Positions 9,690-19,586 are shown, counted from the stretch's first letter. The stretch: 64,000 bases of DNA from an uncultured Thermoplasmatales archaeon (GCA_964414415.1 CAYPWJ010000001.1:138701-202700), one strand, 5' to 3'. The notes: generated by a model not told the origin, from the letters alone. Made by a program: numbers and translations.

Positions 9690-10727
9690 ATGAGATATCT
9701 CAAGCTGGAAAACGGCAGGGTCGACGACTTTTTAGAACAGCTTTCCGCCTATGGCGACCTCTATGCCCCGACCCAGATATCTGAGGAATTCTACGACTAC
9801 CGGGAGATAGAGGACGTCGACGACGTCGCCTTTGACTACACCCGGACGATAACTCCGGCAAAAAAATACTTCATCCCGACCGAGCAGGAGATGTTCACGT
9901 TCGACATGGAGACAAGTGAGTACGAGGAGACGCTGGATGACGTCGAGCCATTTGTGCTCTTTGGGTTGCACGCGTGCAGCATCGTCGGGCTGCGCATCCT
10001 CGACGGCGTCTATCTCAACCAGTACCCGGACAAGTATTACAAGGTGCGCCGTGACGCCGGGATCATCATCGGTCTGAGCTGCCTGCCGGACGAATACTGC
10101 TTCTGCAACCTTCGCCGGACGGATTTCGTCGACGTGGGCTTCGACCTCTTTCTCCATGAGCTTCCCGACGGCTACCTCATACGGGTGGGCAGCGAAAAAG
10201 GCCACAAGATCGTCGACGAAAACCCGGGCCTCTTCGTCGAGGTGACGCCGGAAGACATCAAGCACTTCAAGCAATTCGAGAAAAAACGGCATGAACTGTT
10301 CCAGTATCAGGGCAGCTTCGACAACCTGCGCTACATGCTCGAGCTCACCAAGGGTCACCCGCTCTGGGAGGAGGAAAGCGAGAAATGCCTCGGCTGCGGC
10401 AACTGCACCATGACGTGTCCGACGTGCAGGTGCTACGACGTGCAGGACATCCCCGACATCGACGGTCGCCACGGCAAACGCGTGCGCTTCTGGGATTCCT
10501 GCCAGTTCCGAAGCCACGGGCTCGTTGCTGGGGGCCACAACTTCCGCGAGACAAAAAAAGACCGCTTCATCAATCGATATGTCTGCAAGAACGCGTATTT
10601 CTATCCTTTGGGGACGAGCTACTGCGTCGGCTGCGGCAACTGCACCTATTTCTGCCCGGCTGACATCGACTTCCTGGACAACCTGATGAAAATACGCGGC
10701 ATCGCGGAGGAAACATATGAGCAATGA
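9690..10727 (+). CDS. hydB: [NiFe] hydrogenase (group 3b, sulfhydrogenase-type) beta subunit, 4Fe-4S protein (AsrA-like)
   Basis: Two ferredoxin-like Cys motifs ([32 protein letters not shown]). It follows the HydB pattern of Thermococcales sulfhydrogenase, and 345 aa matches the expected size. Confidence 0.85.
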   Translation: MRYLKLENGRVDDFLEQLSAYGDLYAPTQISEEFYDYREIEDVDDVAFDYTRTITPAKKYFIPTEQEMFTFDMETSEYEETLDDVEPFVLFGLHACSIVGLRILDGVYLNQYPDKYYKVRRDAGIIIGLSCLPDEYCFCNLRRTDFVDVGFDLFLHELPDGYLIRVGSEKGHKIVDENPGLFVEVTPEDIKHFKQFEKKRHELFQYQGSFDNLRYMLELTKGHPLWEEESEKCLGCGNCTMTCPTCRCYDVQDIPDIDGRHGKRVRFWDSCQFRSHGLVAGGHNFRETKKDRFINRYVCKNAYFYPLGTSYCVGCGNCTYFCPADIDFLDNLMKIRGIAEETYEQ

Positions 10728-11580
10728 AGGCAGCCAGGAAAACATCTACGACCTCTACAAGTGCCGCATCCTCCGCGTCTACGAGATGACCGACGAGGAC
10801 AAGCTCTTCCTCCTCCGCTTTGAGGACTCCGACATCGCCGAAGAGTGGACGTTCACGCCTGGACAGTTCGTCCAGGTCTCCATCCCCGGCGTCGGCGAGA
10901 TTCCCATCTCCGTGTGCTCGTCGCCGATGCGCCGCGGATTCTTCGAGCTCTGCATCAAGCGCGCGGGCAAGGTCACCGAGGTCGTCCACCGGATGGAGCC
11001 CGGCGACTACATGGGCATCCGCGGGCCCTACGGCAACGGCTTTCCGATGGACACATTCGAGAATCACGACCTGCTGCTCATCGCGGCCGGCATCGGCATG
11101 GTGCCGCTCCGCTCCGTGTTCCTCCACGCGATGGACAACCGGTGGAAGTTCGGCAACATCACCGTCATCAACTCCGCCCGCTACGGCCACAAGCTGCTGT
11201 TCCGGAAGGAGCTGGAGGCCATGCGGGACATCGCCGAGGCGGAGAACATCAACATCCTCCAGACCGTCACCCGGGACCCGGAATGGCCCGGCCGGACGGG
11301 CAGAGCGCAGCATCACATTCAGGATGCAAACACCGACCCCGACGATGCGTATGTCGTCGTCTGCGGGCCGCCGCAGGCCTACCGGAGCGTCTTCGAAAAA
11401 GTCATCGAGGCGGGCTACGACCCTCGCAACATCTACGTCACGCTGGAGCGCAGGATGAAATGCGGCGTCGGCAAATGCGGGCACTGCATCGCCGGCTCAT
11501 CGACCTTCCTCGAGTACATCTGCATCGACGGCCCGGTGTTCAGCTACTACGACATCATCTCAACCCCCAATCTCATCTAG
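10717..11580 (+). CDS. hydG: hydrogenase gamma subunit, FAD/NAD(P)-binding with C-terminal 2Fe-2S (AsrB-like)
   Basis: FNR-like flavin/NAD domains and C-terminal [12 protein letters not shown]. Overlaps hydB by 11 nt. Confidence 0.85.
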   Translation: MSNEGSQENIYDLYKCRILRVYEMTDEDKLFLLRFEDSDIAEEWTFTPGQFVQVSIPGVGEIPISVCSSPMRRGFFELCIKRAGKVTEVVHRMEPGDYMGIRGPYGNGFPMDTFENHDLLLIAAGIGMVPLRSVFLHAMDNRWKFGNITVINSARYGHKLLFRKELEAMRDIAEAENINILQTVTRDPEWPGRTGRAQHHIQDANTDPDDAYVVVCGPPQAYRSVFEKVIEAGYDPRNIYVTLERRMKCGVGKCGHCIAGSSTFLEYICIDGPVFSYYDIISTPNLI

Positions 11581-11587
11581 TGATAGC

Positions 11588-12373
11588 ATGACCACGAAAA
11601 TAGGTATACACGGGTTAACCTCCTGCTACGGATGCCAGCTCAGCATCGCCATCGTGCAGCGCATCCTCGACGTCGCCGACAGGTTCGACATCGAGTACTT
11701 CTACATGCTGTCGAGCGAGGGCGAGATATCGCCAGTCGACGTCGCGTTCGTCGAGGGCAGCGTCAGCACCGGCATGGACGAACATGAGCTGCGAGAGATA
11801 CGCGACAACGCAGACGTCGTCGTCGCGGTCGGCTCCTGCGCCATCCACGGCGGCGTGCAGGGCATCCTCGCCGACGAGGACATCGACTACCAGGAGGCAT
11901 TTGAGGACGTCTACGGCGACAGCGAGATGGACTACGAAGGCTGCGTCGCTCGACCTATCGACTCCGTCGTCGAGGTCGACTACCGGCTACCCGGCTGTCC
12001 GCCTGAGGAGCCGGAGATTATGTACTACATGGCGACGCTGGCGATGGGCAGCTGGCCGGAGGAAAAAGACTACCCGGTCTGCGCGGAATGCCGACGGGCC
12101 GGCAATCCCTGCATCCTCATCGAGCGCGGCGAACCCTGCCTCGGGCCCGTGACGGTTGCAGGATGCGACGCTCGCTGCATCTCCTACGACGTGCCCTGTG
12201 TCGGCTGCCGCGGCGCCGTTCCGCACGAGACAGCGTGGTTCGACTCTCTTGCCAGGACATTCAAGGACATCGGCATGGATCGCGACGCTGTCGAGAAACG
12301 CATGGCTATCTTTTCCGCGCGGCATCCCCAGATGCAGGGGATGCTCGACGAGGTCTATGGAGAGGAGGAATAA
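11588..12373 (+). CDS. hydD: [NiFe] hydrogenase small (delta) subunit
   Basis: N-terminal GLTSCYGCQLS, the proximal-cluster CxxC motif of small subunits. 261 aa. Confidence 0.85.
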   Translation: MTTKIGIHGLTSCYGCQLSIAIVQRILDVADRFDIEYFYMLSSEGEISPVDVAFVEGSVSTGMDEHELREIRDNADVVVAVGSCAIHGGVQGILADEDIDYQEAFEDVYGDSEMDYEGCVARPIDSVVEVDYRLPGCPPEEPEIMYYMATLAMGSWPEEKDYPVCAECRRAGNPCILIERGEPCLGPVTVAGCDARCISYDVPCVGCRGAVPHETAWFDSLARTFKDIGMDRDAVEKRMAIFSARHPQMQGMLDEVYGEEE

Positions 12374-12375
12374 AC

Positions 12376-13659
12376 ATGAAAGTGACACAGGAAATCACGG
12401 TTGACCACCTCGCCCGCATCGAGGGCAAGGCAGGCATCGAGGTAGACATCAGCGAGGACGCCGTTGAAGCAAAGCTCAAGGTCACCGAAGGCCCGCGGTT
12501 CTTCGAGGTCATCACAAAGAACAAGCACTGGCGGGAGGCCGTCACCATCTTCCCGCGCATCTGCTCGTTCTGCTGCACCCCGCACAAGCTCACGCCCATC
12601 GAGGCCGTCGAGCGGGCCCTCGACGTCGAGCCGTCGGAGCAGACGAGGCTGCTGCGCGAGCTCCTCTACATCGGCAACATCCTTGAAAGCCACGCGCTGC
12701 ATCTCTATCTCCTCGTCGTCCCCGACTACCTCGGCTACCCGGACGCATTTGCGGTATCAGAACAGCAAAGCGGCCTGGTCGAGGACGGCATATTCCTCAA
12801 GGACATCGGCGCCGAGATACAGTCGTCGCTCGGCAGCCGCTCTATTCACCCCGAGTCAGCGCTCGTCGGCGGCTTCGGCACGCTGCCCGGCCGCGAAAAG
12901 ATGCAGGAAATCCGGGACATGGCCGACCGCGGTATCGCCATGGCTGAGCGCGCCGTTGACTTCTTCGCCGAATACGAGTATCCGTCGTACGTGGACAGTG
13001 AACGCCGGCATCTCTCCATCGCCTGCCCCGACAGCTACAGCGTCTACGGCGACGAGATCGTCTCCTCCGACGGCGACTCGTTCAAGGTCGAGGACTACAT
13101 CTACCACCTGCAGGAAAGCGTTGCTCCGTACTCGTTCGCCAAGCGCGGCAGCTACAAGGACGAGCCATACATGGTCGGCGCGCAGTCCCGCCTCATAAAC
13201 AGCTGCGACCGGCTCACCGGACGAGCTGCGGAGCTCATGGAGCAACATCGCGCGCTGGTCACCCCTGACAACCCGTTCGCCAACAACTTCGCGCAGGCCA
13301 TCGAGATGGTCTATTTCCTGGAGCGCATCAAGGAACTCATCGACGAGATCGGCACGCCCGAGCAGCAGGAGCCTGCAAAGCCGACGCGGAGCACCGGCGA
13401 GGGCTACGCGGTGACCGAGGCACCCCGGGGCCTGCTCATCTACTATCTGAACATCGAGGACGACCAGGTCGTCGACGCTGATGTCATCACTCCGACGGCC
13501 ATGTTCCTCCCCATGATGGAGGTCGACATCGCGGACATGGCGACCGGGCTCTGGCAGGACGGCTGCCAGGACGAGGAAACCATCGCTGATAAGGTCGAGA
13601 TGGTGTCACGGGCCTACGACCCCTGCATATCATGCAGCGTCCACGTCACCAGGCTTTAG
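12376..13659 (+). CDS. hydA: [NiFe] hydrogenase large (alpha) subunit
   Basis: N-terminal RIEGK and RICSFCCTPH (CxxC Ni ligands), and C-terminal DPCISCSVH followed by only VTRL. Confidence 0.9.
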   Translation: MKVTQEITVDHLARIEGKAGIEVDISEDAVEAKLKVTEGPRFFEVITKNKHWREAVTIFPRICSFCCTPHKLTPIEAVERALDVEPSEQTRLLRELLYIGNILESHALHLYLLVVPDYLGYPDAFAVSEQQSGLVEDGIFLKDIGAEIQSSLGSRSIHPESALVGGFGTLPGREKMQEIRDMADRGIAMAERAVDFFAEYEYPSYVDSERRHLSIACPDSYSVYGDEIVSSDGDSFKVEDYIYHLQESVAPYSFAKRGSYKDEPYMVGAQSRLINSCDRLTGRAAELMEQHRALVTPDNPFANNFAQAIEMVYFLERIKELIDEIGTPEQQEPAKPTRSTGEGYAVTEAPRGLLIYYLNIEDDQVVDADVITPTAMFLPMMEVDIADMATGLWQDGCQDEETIADKVEMVSRAYDPCISCSVHVTRL

Positions 13660-14102
13660 TGGTCACGCTTGGCAGTCCACTCGCTGGCGAGGACGCCGTC
13701 GGACAGTGCGTCCATGACGCATTGCAGGAGATGGTCGACGCCCGCATTGTCTATCTCGGCACCGACATCTTTCGCTTCAGCAACGTCTACCATGGCGAGC
13801 CGCTCGTTGTTGTCGTCGACGCGGTCTACTCGAAGCGGCATGCCGCCGGTGACGTCATCCATTTTGCAGGCGATGAAGTATTCTCGGAGCTCAACGACGT
13901 CGCCACCGACGCGCACATGCTCGGGGTCGGCGAGGGACTCAAGATACTCCGCAGGGTCATGCCTCGCTTTCCCGACGAGCTGTACTTCATCGGTGTCTCC
14001 TGCAAGCACTTCGGCCACGGCGAGATGAGCCCGGAGGTACAAAAAGGAATCGAGGAGGCGGTGACGCTTGTCCGTGAGCTCCTCGCCCGGCAGTCAGGTT
14101 AA
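13659..14102 (+). CDS. hydrogenase maturation endopeptidase (HycI/HybD/FrhD family)
   Basis: VTLGSPLAGEDAVG N-terminal motif typical of maturation proteases. Proposed GTG start overlaps the hydA TAG by 1 nt. Confidence 0.7.
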   Translation: MVTLGSPLAGEDAVGQCVHDALQEMVDARIVYLGTDIFRFSNVYHGEPLVVVVDAVYSKRHAAGDVIHFAGDEVFSELNDVATDAHMLGVGEGLKILRRVMPRFPDELYFIGVSCKHFGHGEMSPEVQKGIEEAVTLVRELLARQSG

Positions 14103-15598
14103 TGCAGGAAATACCGGCGTCCGGTGAACACCATCGGGATGTCGTGTTCGTTGGCCGCCTCGATGACCTCGCCGTCGCGGATGGAGCCACCGGGCTGCAC
14201 GATGGCTCTGATGCCCGCCTCCGCTGCGACGTCGACGGCGTCGCGGAACGGGAAGAAGGCGTCCGACGCCATCACCGATCCTTTGACGTTGCCGCCACCC
14301 TTCTTGGTGGCGATCCAGCTTGCATCAACCCGGGAGGTCTGGCCGCCGCCGATGGCCACTGTGTGGGTGCCCTTCGCGAAGACGATGGCGTTGGACTTGA
14401 CGTGCTTGACGCATTTCGCCGCGAAGACCATGGTCTCGATGTCGTCGGGTGTCGGCTCCGCCTCCGTCATCACTTTCCATTCATGGGGGTCGAAGGGCGT
14501 GATGTCTCTCTCTTGGACGAGCAGGCCGCCGCCGACGCTCCGCAGCTCGAAAGACGGCCGGCGCTCCCGACAGCCGAGTCCCTCCACCTCGAGCAGGCGA
14601 AGTTTTTCCTTCTGCTCAAGGATTTCCCTTGCTGCCTCGGTGTATCCCGGGGCGATGATGACCTCGAGAAAGATCTCCGTCATCTTCCCGGCCAGCTCAC
14701 GGTCGACGTCGCGGTTGACCGCCACGACACCGCCAAACGGTGAATACTCGTCGGTCGCAAATGCTTCGTCCCAAGCCTCGGCAAGGTCGCCCGCGGAGGC
14801 GACACCGGACGGCGTCGCATGTTTCATGATCACCACGGTCGGCTCCGTGAATTCCTTGACGCATTCGATGGCGTCGCTGGCGTCCAGGATGTTGTTGTAG
14901 GATATCTCCTTGCCCTGCAGCTTCACCGCAGTGGCGACGCAGGGCTCCCGGGTAGCGCCGCGGTAGAACGCGCCTCGCTGGTGCGGGTTTTCACCGTACC
15001 GTAGCTGTTTGTCCAGCCGATACGGCGGGACGAGCAGCTCCGGAAAACCGTCGCTGTCTTGCTGCCCGGCGATCGATGCATCATAATACGCAGTCCGCCG
15101 CACTGCCTCATACGCAAGCCTGCGCCGCAGATCCTCGCCAATGTCCGGCAACGCCGCCGTTACGCGCTGATACTGCGACGGATGTGACACCACGGCGACG
15201 TCACGCCAGTTCTTGGCTGCCGCCCTCACCATGCAGGGCCCCCCGATGTCCATCTTGTCGATGCCACGTTCAGGGTCGTAGAAGTTGCAGACGACCATGT
15301 CGATGGGCGTGACATCGTTTCGCTTGAGGGTGTCCATGTCGTTGCTGTCCCGCCGCGCCAGGATGCCCGCGTAGATGTCGGTGTGCAGTGTCTTCACACG
15401 GCCGTCTATGAGGTCGGTGAAGCCGGTGATAGCTGCAACCGGCGTCACGTCGATGCCTGCATCGGTGAGCACGTCGGCGGTCCCGCCCGTCGAGACGATG
15501 GCGACGCCTGCCTCGTTCAGCGCGGAACAAAAACCCACGATGTCTGTCTTGTCGTAGACGCTTACCAGCGCCGTCTCTGGCTTCATGCTGTTACCCAC
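14099..15598 (-). CDS. purH: bifunctional AICAR transformylase / IMP cyclohydrolase PurH (bacterial-type, full length)
   Basis: 499 aa. MGS-like N-terminal domain (ALVSVYDKTDIV..., TGGTA) and AICARFT domain. Tail-to-tail 4-nt overlap with the protease gene. Confidence 0.9.
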   Translation of the reverse strand: MGNSMKPETALVSVYDKTDIVGFCSALNEAGVAIVSTGGTADVLTDAGIDVTPVAAITGFTDLIDGRVKTLHTDIYAGILARRDSNDMDTLKRNDVTPIDMVVCNFYDPERGIDKMDIGGPCMVRAAAKNWRDVAVVSHPSQYQRVTAALPDIGEDLRRRLAYEAVRRTAYYDASIAGQQDSDGFPELLVPPYRLDKQLRYGENPHQRGAFYRGATREPCVATAVKLQGKEISYNNILDASDAIECVKEFTEPTVVIMKHATPSGVASAGDLAEAWDEAFATDEYSPFGGVVAVNRDVDRELAGKMTEIFLEVIIAPGYTEAAREILEQKEKLRLLEVEGLGCRERRPSFELRSVGGGLLVQERDITPFDPHEWKVMTEAEPTPDDIETMVFAAKCVKHVKSNAIVFAKGTHTVAIGGGQTSRVDASWIATKKGGGNVKGSVMASDAFFPFRDAVDVAAEAGIRAIVQPGGSIRDGEVIEAANEHDIPMVFTGRRYFLH

Positions 15599-15851
15599 AC
15601 CTAATGCGACGCCTCCAAATTAATGTTACGGGCAGCGGAGGGGGATGCCCGGAGGGTGCCACCATTTATATTGCTGCCGCGGTTTTGTAGGTGGCAGTGT
15701 GGGAAGGGCTGGCAGCCGGGTTTTTCCGGCGGTGTGTCATCCACACTGTCTCTCTTCCTGTACGTTACACTGCAGCAATGCTATATACTTTTTATATAAA
15801 TATATATTTTAATGCGATAAAGTATATATTTACTCCAGACGTTGCGCTACC

Positions 15852-16088
15852 ATGGCATCGACCTATGCCCTCATCCGGATTCCACCGGTCGAGCTGCGTC
15901 AGGTGCAACATAAGCTATCCCGCCAGCGAGGCATCGGCAGCCTGCATCCCCTTGCAGGGAACGACGCTTACAACCTGCTGGCCCGCCTCGACGTGGCTGA
16001 CAACCGGGAGGAACACAGGATGATGGACGCCATACAGAACACACACGGGGTGTCCGGTGCCATAGTCCTGACCAGGGTACCGGCGTAG
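15852..16088 (+). CDS. stand-alone Lrp/AsnC C-terminal (RAM) domain protein
   Basis: 78 aa, similar in architecture to the 63684..63953 product. An archaeal TATA box TTTATATA sits about 55 nt upstream. Confidence 0.5.
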   Translation: MASTYALIRIPPVELRQVQHKLSRQRGIGSLHPLAGNDAYNLLARLDVADNREEHRMMDAIQNTHGVSGAIVLTRVPA

Positions 16089-16231
16089 CCCCATTATTCC
16101 CCATATATTTTTCTATTCAAACGAGTTGAAAATAACCGCAACCGGAAGCAAGCACCACAATGTTTAAAAACGGAGGTGCCTCCTCCCTCCGTTCTTTTTT
16201 AACCGCGCCGACGGTTATACCCTGTGATACC

Positions 16232-16498
16232 ATGAGCTTAACAGTACCTCTCTACCAGAAAAAACAGTTCAAAATAGAGCAGGAATGGCAGCCATACCGC
16301 CGGGCGCTCGAGCACGATGAACAGGAATACTTCGACCGGCTCATGCACAAGGCCCGGCAGCACGCCGCCGCAGCTCAGGAGGCAGCCCGCCTCAACCACA
16401 TGGAGGCGGTGTTCATGTCGATGCTGATAGAGATGCAGAAAGAGATAGACGAACTCACGCGAACGGCGCAGCCCCCAAGATTTGAAAACTTTTATTAA
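16232..16498 (+). CDS. hypothetical protein (helical, 88 aa)
   Basis: ORF 16160..16498. Internal Met25 chosen as start. No recognisable domain. Confidence 0.35.
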   Translation: MSLTVPLYQKKQFKIEQEWQPYRRALEHDEQEYFDRLMHKARQHAAAAQEAARLNHMEAVFMSMLIEMQKEIDELTRTAQPPRFENFY

Positions 16499-16519
16499 TC
16501 ACTTGTTCTTACTCGCTCT

Positions 16520-16951
16520 ATGTTCAAACTGAGCAAGGGGCTGCTATCATTTATCTCAGGCCTCGGATTCATGGGGCTCATCTTTTACCTCGTGTTTTTC
16601 ACCTTCGTCGAGATGAACTACCAGTTGCTTTCCAACTATATCCTCCTATTCTCGATTCTTACCGCCGTCATCGCCTGCATCGTCGTATACTTCCTCTCAA
16701 TCGCGTTTTCGTTCGTCCAGGCCCGCATCAACGTACCGCCCAACGCCGGTGGGTTCATCGGCGGCATCATGACCATGGTCGCCATCATCCTGATGATCGT
16801 ATCCATCAGAATCAACGACCTCTGGATGAACAACGTGAGCGCATTCGAGCGTATCCACCCCATCACGTCGTTTTTCCTAGCTGCAGCCAGCACGCTGCTG
16901 TTCATCTGGCCGGTCGAAGAGCCCCGGAGCAGCGACGAACAGATATGGTAA
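16520..16951 (+). CDS. hypothetical integral membrane protein (4 TM)
   Basis: Hydrophobic segments throughout. Overlaps the next gene by 7 nt. Confidence 0.45.
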   Translation: MFKLSKGLLSFISGLGFMGLIFYLVFFTFVEMNYQLLSNYILLFSILTAVIACIVVYFLSIAFSFVQARINVPPNAGGFIGGIMTMVAIILMIVSIRINDLWMNNVSAFERIHPITSFFLAAASTLLFIWPVEEPRSSDEQIW

Positions 16952-17967
16952 CCGTCAGCGTCTACCGGTACGGCCACCGCCTCGGCCGTGACAAGCGCAT
17001 CACCACCCACACGGCGCTCGTCGCCCGGGCCTTCGCCGCACGCGACATCGCTGTTGATACCACCGATGACGGGCTGGAGGCAACCATCGCCGACGTCAAC
17101 AAGCGCTTCGGCGACGACTTTGACATCGAAACCGGGGCGTCGTGGCGCGAGTTTCGCCGCGCCCGTGACGGCGCAGTGGTCCACCTCACCATGTACGGTC
17201 AGCCCCTCGACGACGTCATCGACGAGATCCGGCGCCACGACGACATCGTCGTCATCATTGGCTCCCAGAAGGTGCCAGGGTGGGTTTACGGTGAGGCCGA
17301 CTACAACGTGGCGGTCGGCAACCAGCCACATTCCGAGGTTGCAGCGCTCGCTGTCTTCATGCACCTCCTCACCGAGGGTGGCTGGATGAACCGCCGGTTT
17401 TACGGCACCCATCGGGTTGTCCCCCAGCCTCGCGGCAAAAAAATCGTCGAGCGAGACTATGCAGCGCTGCTGCGAGATGCCGGGTGCCCACCCGAGGTCG
17501 TCGAACACGCCAGGAAGGTGCAGCACCTCGCCGTGGCCATAGCCCAGCGTGTCAGCCAGCGAGGGATCGACGTCGACCTGGCCACCGTCAAAATCGGCTC
17601 CATGCTCCACGACCTCGGCCGGGCGGAAACCCACGGCATCGACCATATCCCGGCCGGTGTCGCCCTGGCACAAAAATATGGTCTGCCCGATAAAATCGTC
17701 CGGGTCATCGAACGGCACGGCGGGGCGGGCATCGACCACGATGAAGCAGAAAAGCTCGGGCTTCCGCCCAGGGACTACACGCCCCGGACCATCGAAGAAA
17801 AAATCGTGGCGCACGCCGACACCCTGACAGGCCGGGAATACCGTGACGTTGAGACGGCTGCCGCAAAGCTCCGCCGTGATGCAGGCGAGAGAGCGGCGGA
17901 AAAGGTACAGCGCCTTCACGACGAGCTGAGTGAACTATGCGGCTGCGACATAGGTGAACTGCCATGA
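16945..17967 (+). CDS. tRNA (cytidine56-2'-O)-methyltransferase aTrm56 fused to a C-terminal HD-domain phosphohydrolase
   Basis: N-terminal 180 aa match the SPOUT aTrm56 pattern (VSVYRYGHRLGRDKRITTHTALVARAFAA). C-terminal 160 aa carry an HD motif (MLHDLGR...HADTL). Confidence 0.7.
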   Translation: MVTVSVYRYGHRLGRDKRITTHTALVARAFAARDIAVDTTDDGLEATIADVNKRFGDDFDIETGASWREFRRARDGAVVHLTMYGQPLDDVIDEIRRHDDIVVIIGSQKVPGWVYGEADYNVAVGNQPHSEVAALAVFMHLLTEGGWMNRRFYGTHRVVPQPRGKKIVERDYAALLRDAGCPPEVVEHARKVQHLAVAIAQRVSQRGIDVDLATVKIGSMLHDLGRAETHGIDHIPAGVALAQKYGLPDKIVRVIERHGGAGIDHDEAEKLGLPPRDYTPRTIEEKIVAHADTLTGREYRDVETAAAKLRRDAGERAAEKVQRLHDELSELCGCDIGELP

Positions 17968-18533
17968 CGACCGTCGGCGTCGCGGCCTTCCAGGGCGCCG
18001 TCACCGAGCACCTCGACGCCGTCGAGCGCGCCATGCAGGCAATCGATATGAAGGGTAGCGCCATCCCTGTGCGTGACTCCATCGCTGACGTTGACGCTCT
18101 TATCATACCCGGTGGGGAGAGCACAACCATCGCCGGCAGGATGCGTCACACCGCCGTCTTCGATGAAATCAGGGAGCGCAGCGATAACATCCCCGTCATG
18201 GGAACCTGTGCAGGCTGTATTTTGCTTGCTGAACGGATTGTCGGCAGCGACGTCATGCCGCTCGGTCTGATGGACATGGAGGTGGAGCGAAACGCCTTCG
18301 GGAGGCAAAAGGAATCATTTCAATGCCGGCTGCCGGTAGCCGAGATCGGCGAGGTGCCCACGGTGTTCATCCGGGCGCCGCTCATCACGAAAACATGGGG
18401 AAGCTGCACCGCGATGGCGTCCATAGAGGAGGGCATCGTGATGGCCCGGCAGGGGAACAAGCTGGCGCTGGTGTTCCACCCGGAGCTCACCGATGACGTC
18501 CGCATCCATCACTATTTCCTGCAGATGCTGTAA
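17964..18533 (+). CDS. pdxT: pyridoxal 5'-phosphate synthase glutaminase subunit PdxT
   Basis: Class I glutamine amidotransferase with catalytic GTCAG and HPE. 4-nt overlap with the upstream gene. Confidence 0.9.
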   Translation: MTTVGVAAFQGAVTEHLDAVERAMQAIDMKGSAIPVRDSIADVDALIIPGGESTTIAGRMRHTAVFDEIRERSDNIPVMGTCAGCILLAERIVGSDVMPLGLMDMEVERNAFGRQKESFQCRLPVAEIGEVPTVFIRAPLITKTWGSCTAMASIEEGIVMARQGNKLALVFHPELTDDVRIHHYFLQML

Positions 18534-18556
18534 AAGAGAGCGATGCCGGGCCGGGG

Positions 18557-18940
18557 CTACGCCTGTATGATCTTTTTTCGGCCCATAGCCTGCAGATAGC
18601 GGACCTCCTTTCCATTCTCCAGTTCACCTTCGAACTCGTCGGGGATGTCGATGGTGAAGGTCTCATAGGTTTCCATGTCCATGAGCTGGGCGTTGCCACC
18701 AGACATGGATATCACCTGGCCGCGTCGCTTGTCGATGATGGGCACGTTGACCTTGTGGCGGACCGGGTTGACGATGCTTCGCTTCTGATCGTCGAAGATG
18801 CCGACCGCCTCGATGCGCGCCTTTGCCTCTCCGTGCTTCCCCGGCTTTGACGTTGTCATGCCGACGATTCTGCACGGCTCGTCGTCGATGAGTATGTAGC
18901 GTCCCTCTTTCAAGTCTTTGACTTCGACCACGTCTTTCAT
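18557..18940 (-). CDS. eif5a: translation initiation factor 5A (aIF-5A)
   Basis: Hypusination loop STSKPGKHGEAK. 127 aa. Confidence 0.95.
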   Translation of the reverse strand: MKDVVEVKDLKEGRYILIDDEPCRIVGMTTSKPGKHGEAKARIEAVGIFDDQKRSIVNPVRHKVNVPIIDKRRGQVISMSGGNAQLMDMETYETFTIDIPDEFEGELENGKEVRYLQAMGRKKIIQA

Positions 18941-19001
18941 GTGAGCACCTAACCCGGGAAACGCAAACCCCTAAATAAGGTTTTGGAAACCAATCGGTTT
19001 T

Positions 19002-19244
19002 TTGCGTTATGTCGTACCGCCACGTCAGTGGTCGACGAAAGCGGAATATTTATTTACACTCGCGGCCTACTATCCTCCAGGGGAAAAGATGGAGGTCGAC
19101 AGCGGTCCAGACGACTATTTCGGAAACCCAGCACGGATAACAGAATACAAAATACTGCTGTACGTCGGCATCGCGATGCTGGCAGCCGGAGGGCCATTTC
19201 TCTTCCTTGCGGGAAAACGGTATGGTGGCCGGCGTCGTTCTTGA
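19002..19244 (+). CDS. small hypothetical membrane protein
   Basis: 80 aa with one TM helix. Overlaps the next ORF by 38 nt in another frame, so it may be one frameshifted gene. Confidence 0.3.
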   Translation: MRYVVPPRQWSTKAEYLFTLAAYYPPGEKMEVDSGPDDYFGNPARITEYKILLYVGIAMLAAGGPFLFLAGKRYGGRRRS

Positions 19245-19545
19245 ATTCATCGGGTTTATGTGCGCTGTAAGCGGATGGGTGGACCTGCGAGAGGAAAAGA
19301 AAAAACAAGGGGTAAAACGAACATCTACGCCCGCTGGAGCAATGGCTTTGATTGCAGGGCTAGTAAGTGTGTTCCTTTCTCGCCTTCCATACGTCAGTCT
19401 AATGCTGGGCGCGGCAGCGATACTGATTGCTGTCAGAGCCGTCCGGCAGAGAGACAACGAATACGGCCCCGTGAGCGGCATATGCGGCGTCATGGGCATA
19501 GCCGCCACTCTGTACGTGATGGTTTTGTTTTCTCCGTTTGCCTGA
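19207..19545 (+). CDS. small hypothetical membrane protein (3 TM)
   Basis: Hydrophobic profile only. Confidence 0.35.
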   Translation: MRENGMVAGVVLEFIGFMCAVSGWVDLREEKKKQGVKRTSTPAGAMALIAGLVSVFLSRLPYVSLMLGAAAILIAVRAVRQRDNEYGPVSGICGVMGIAATLYVMVLFSPFA

Positions 19546-19586
19546 AGTTTGCGGATGGGCGAACAAAAGTTATAAAGCGCAGTGTC

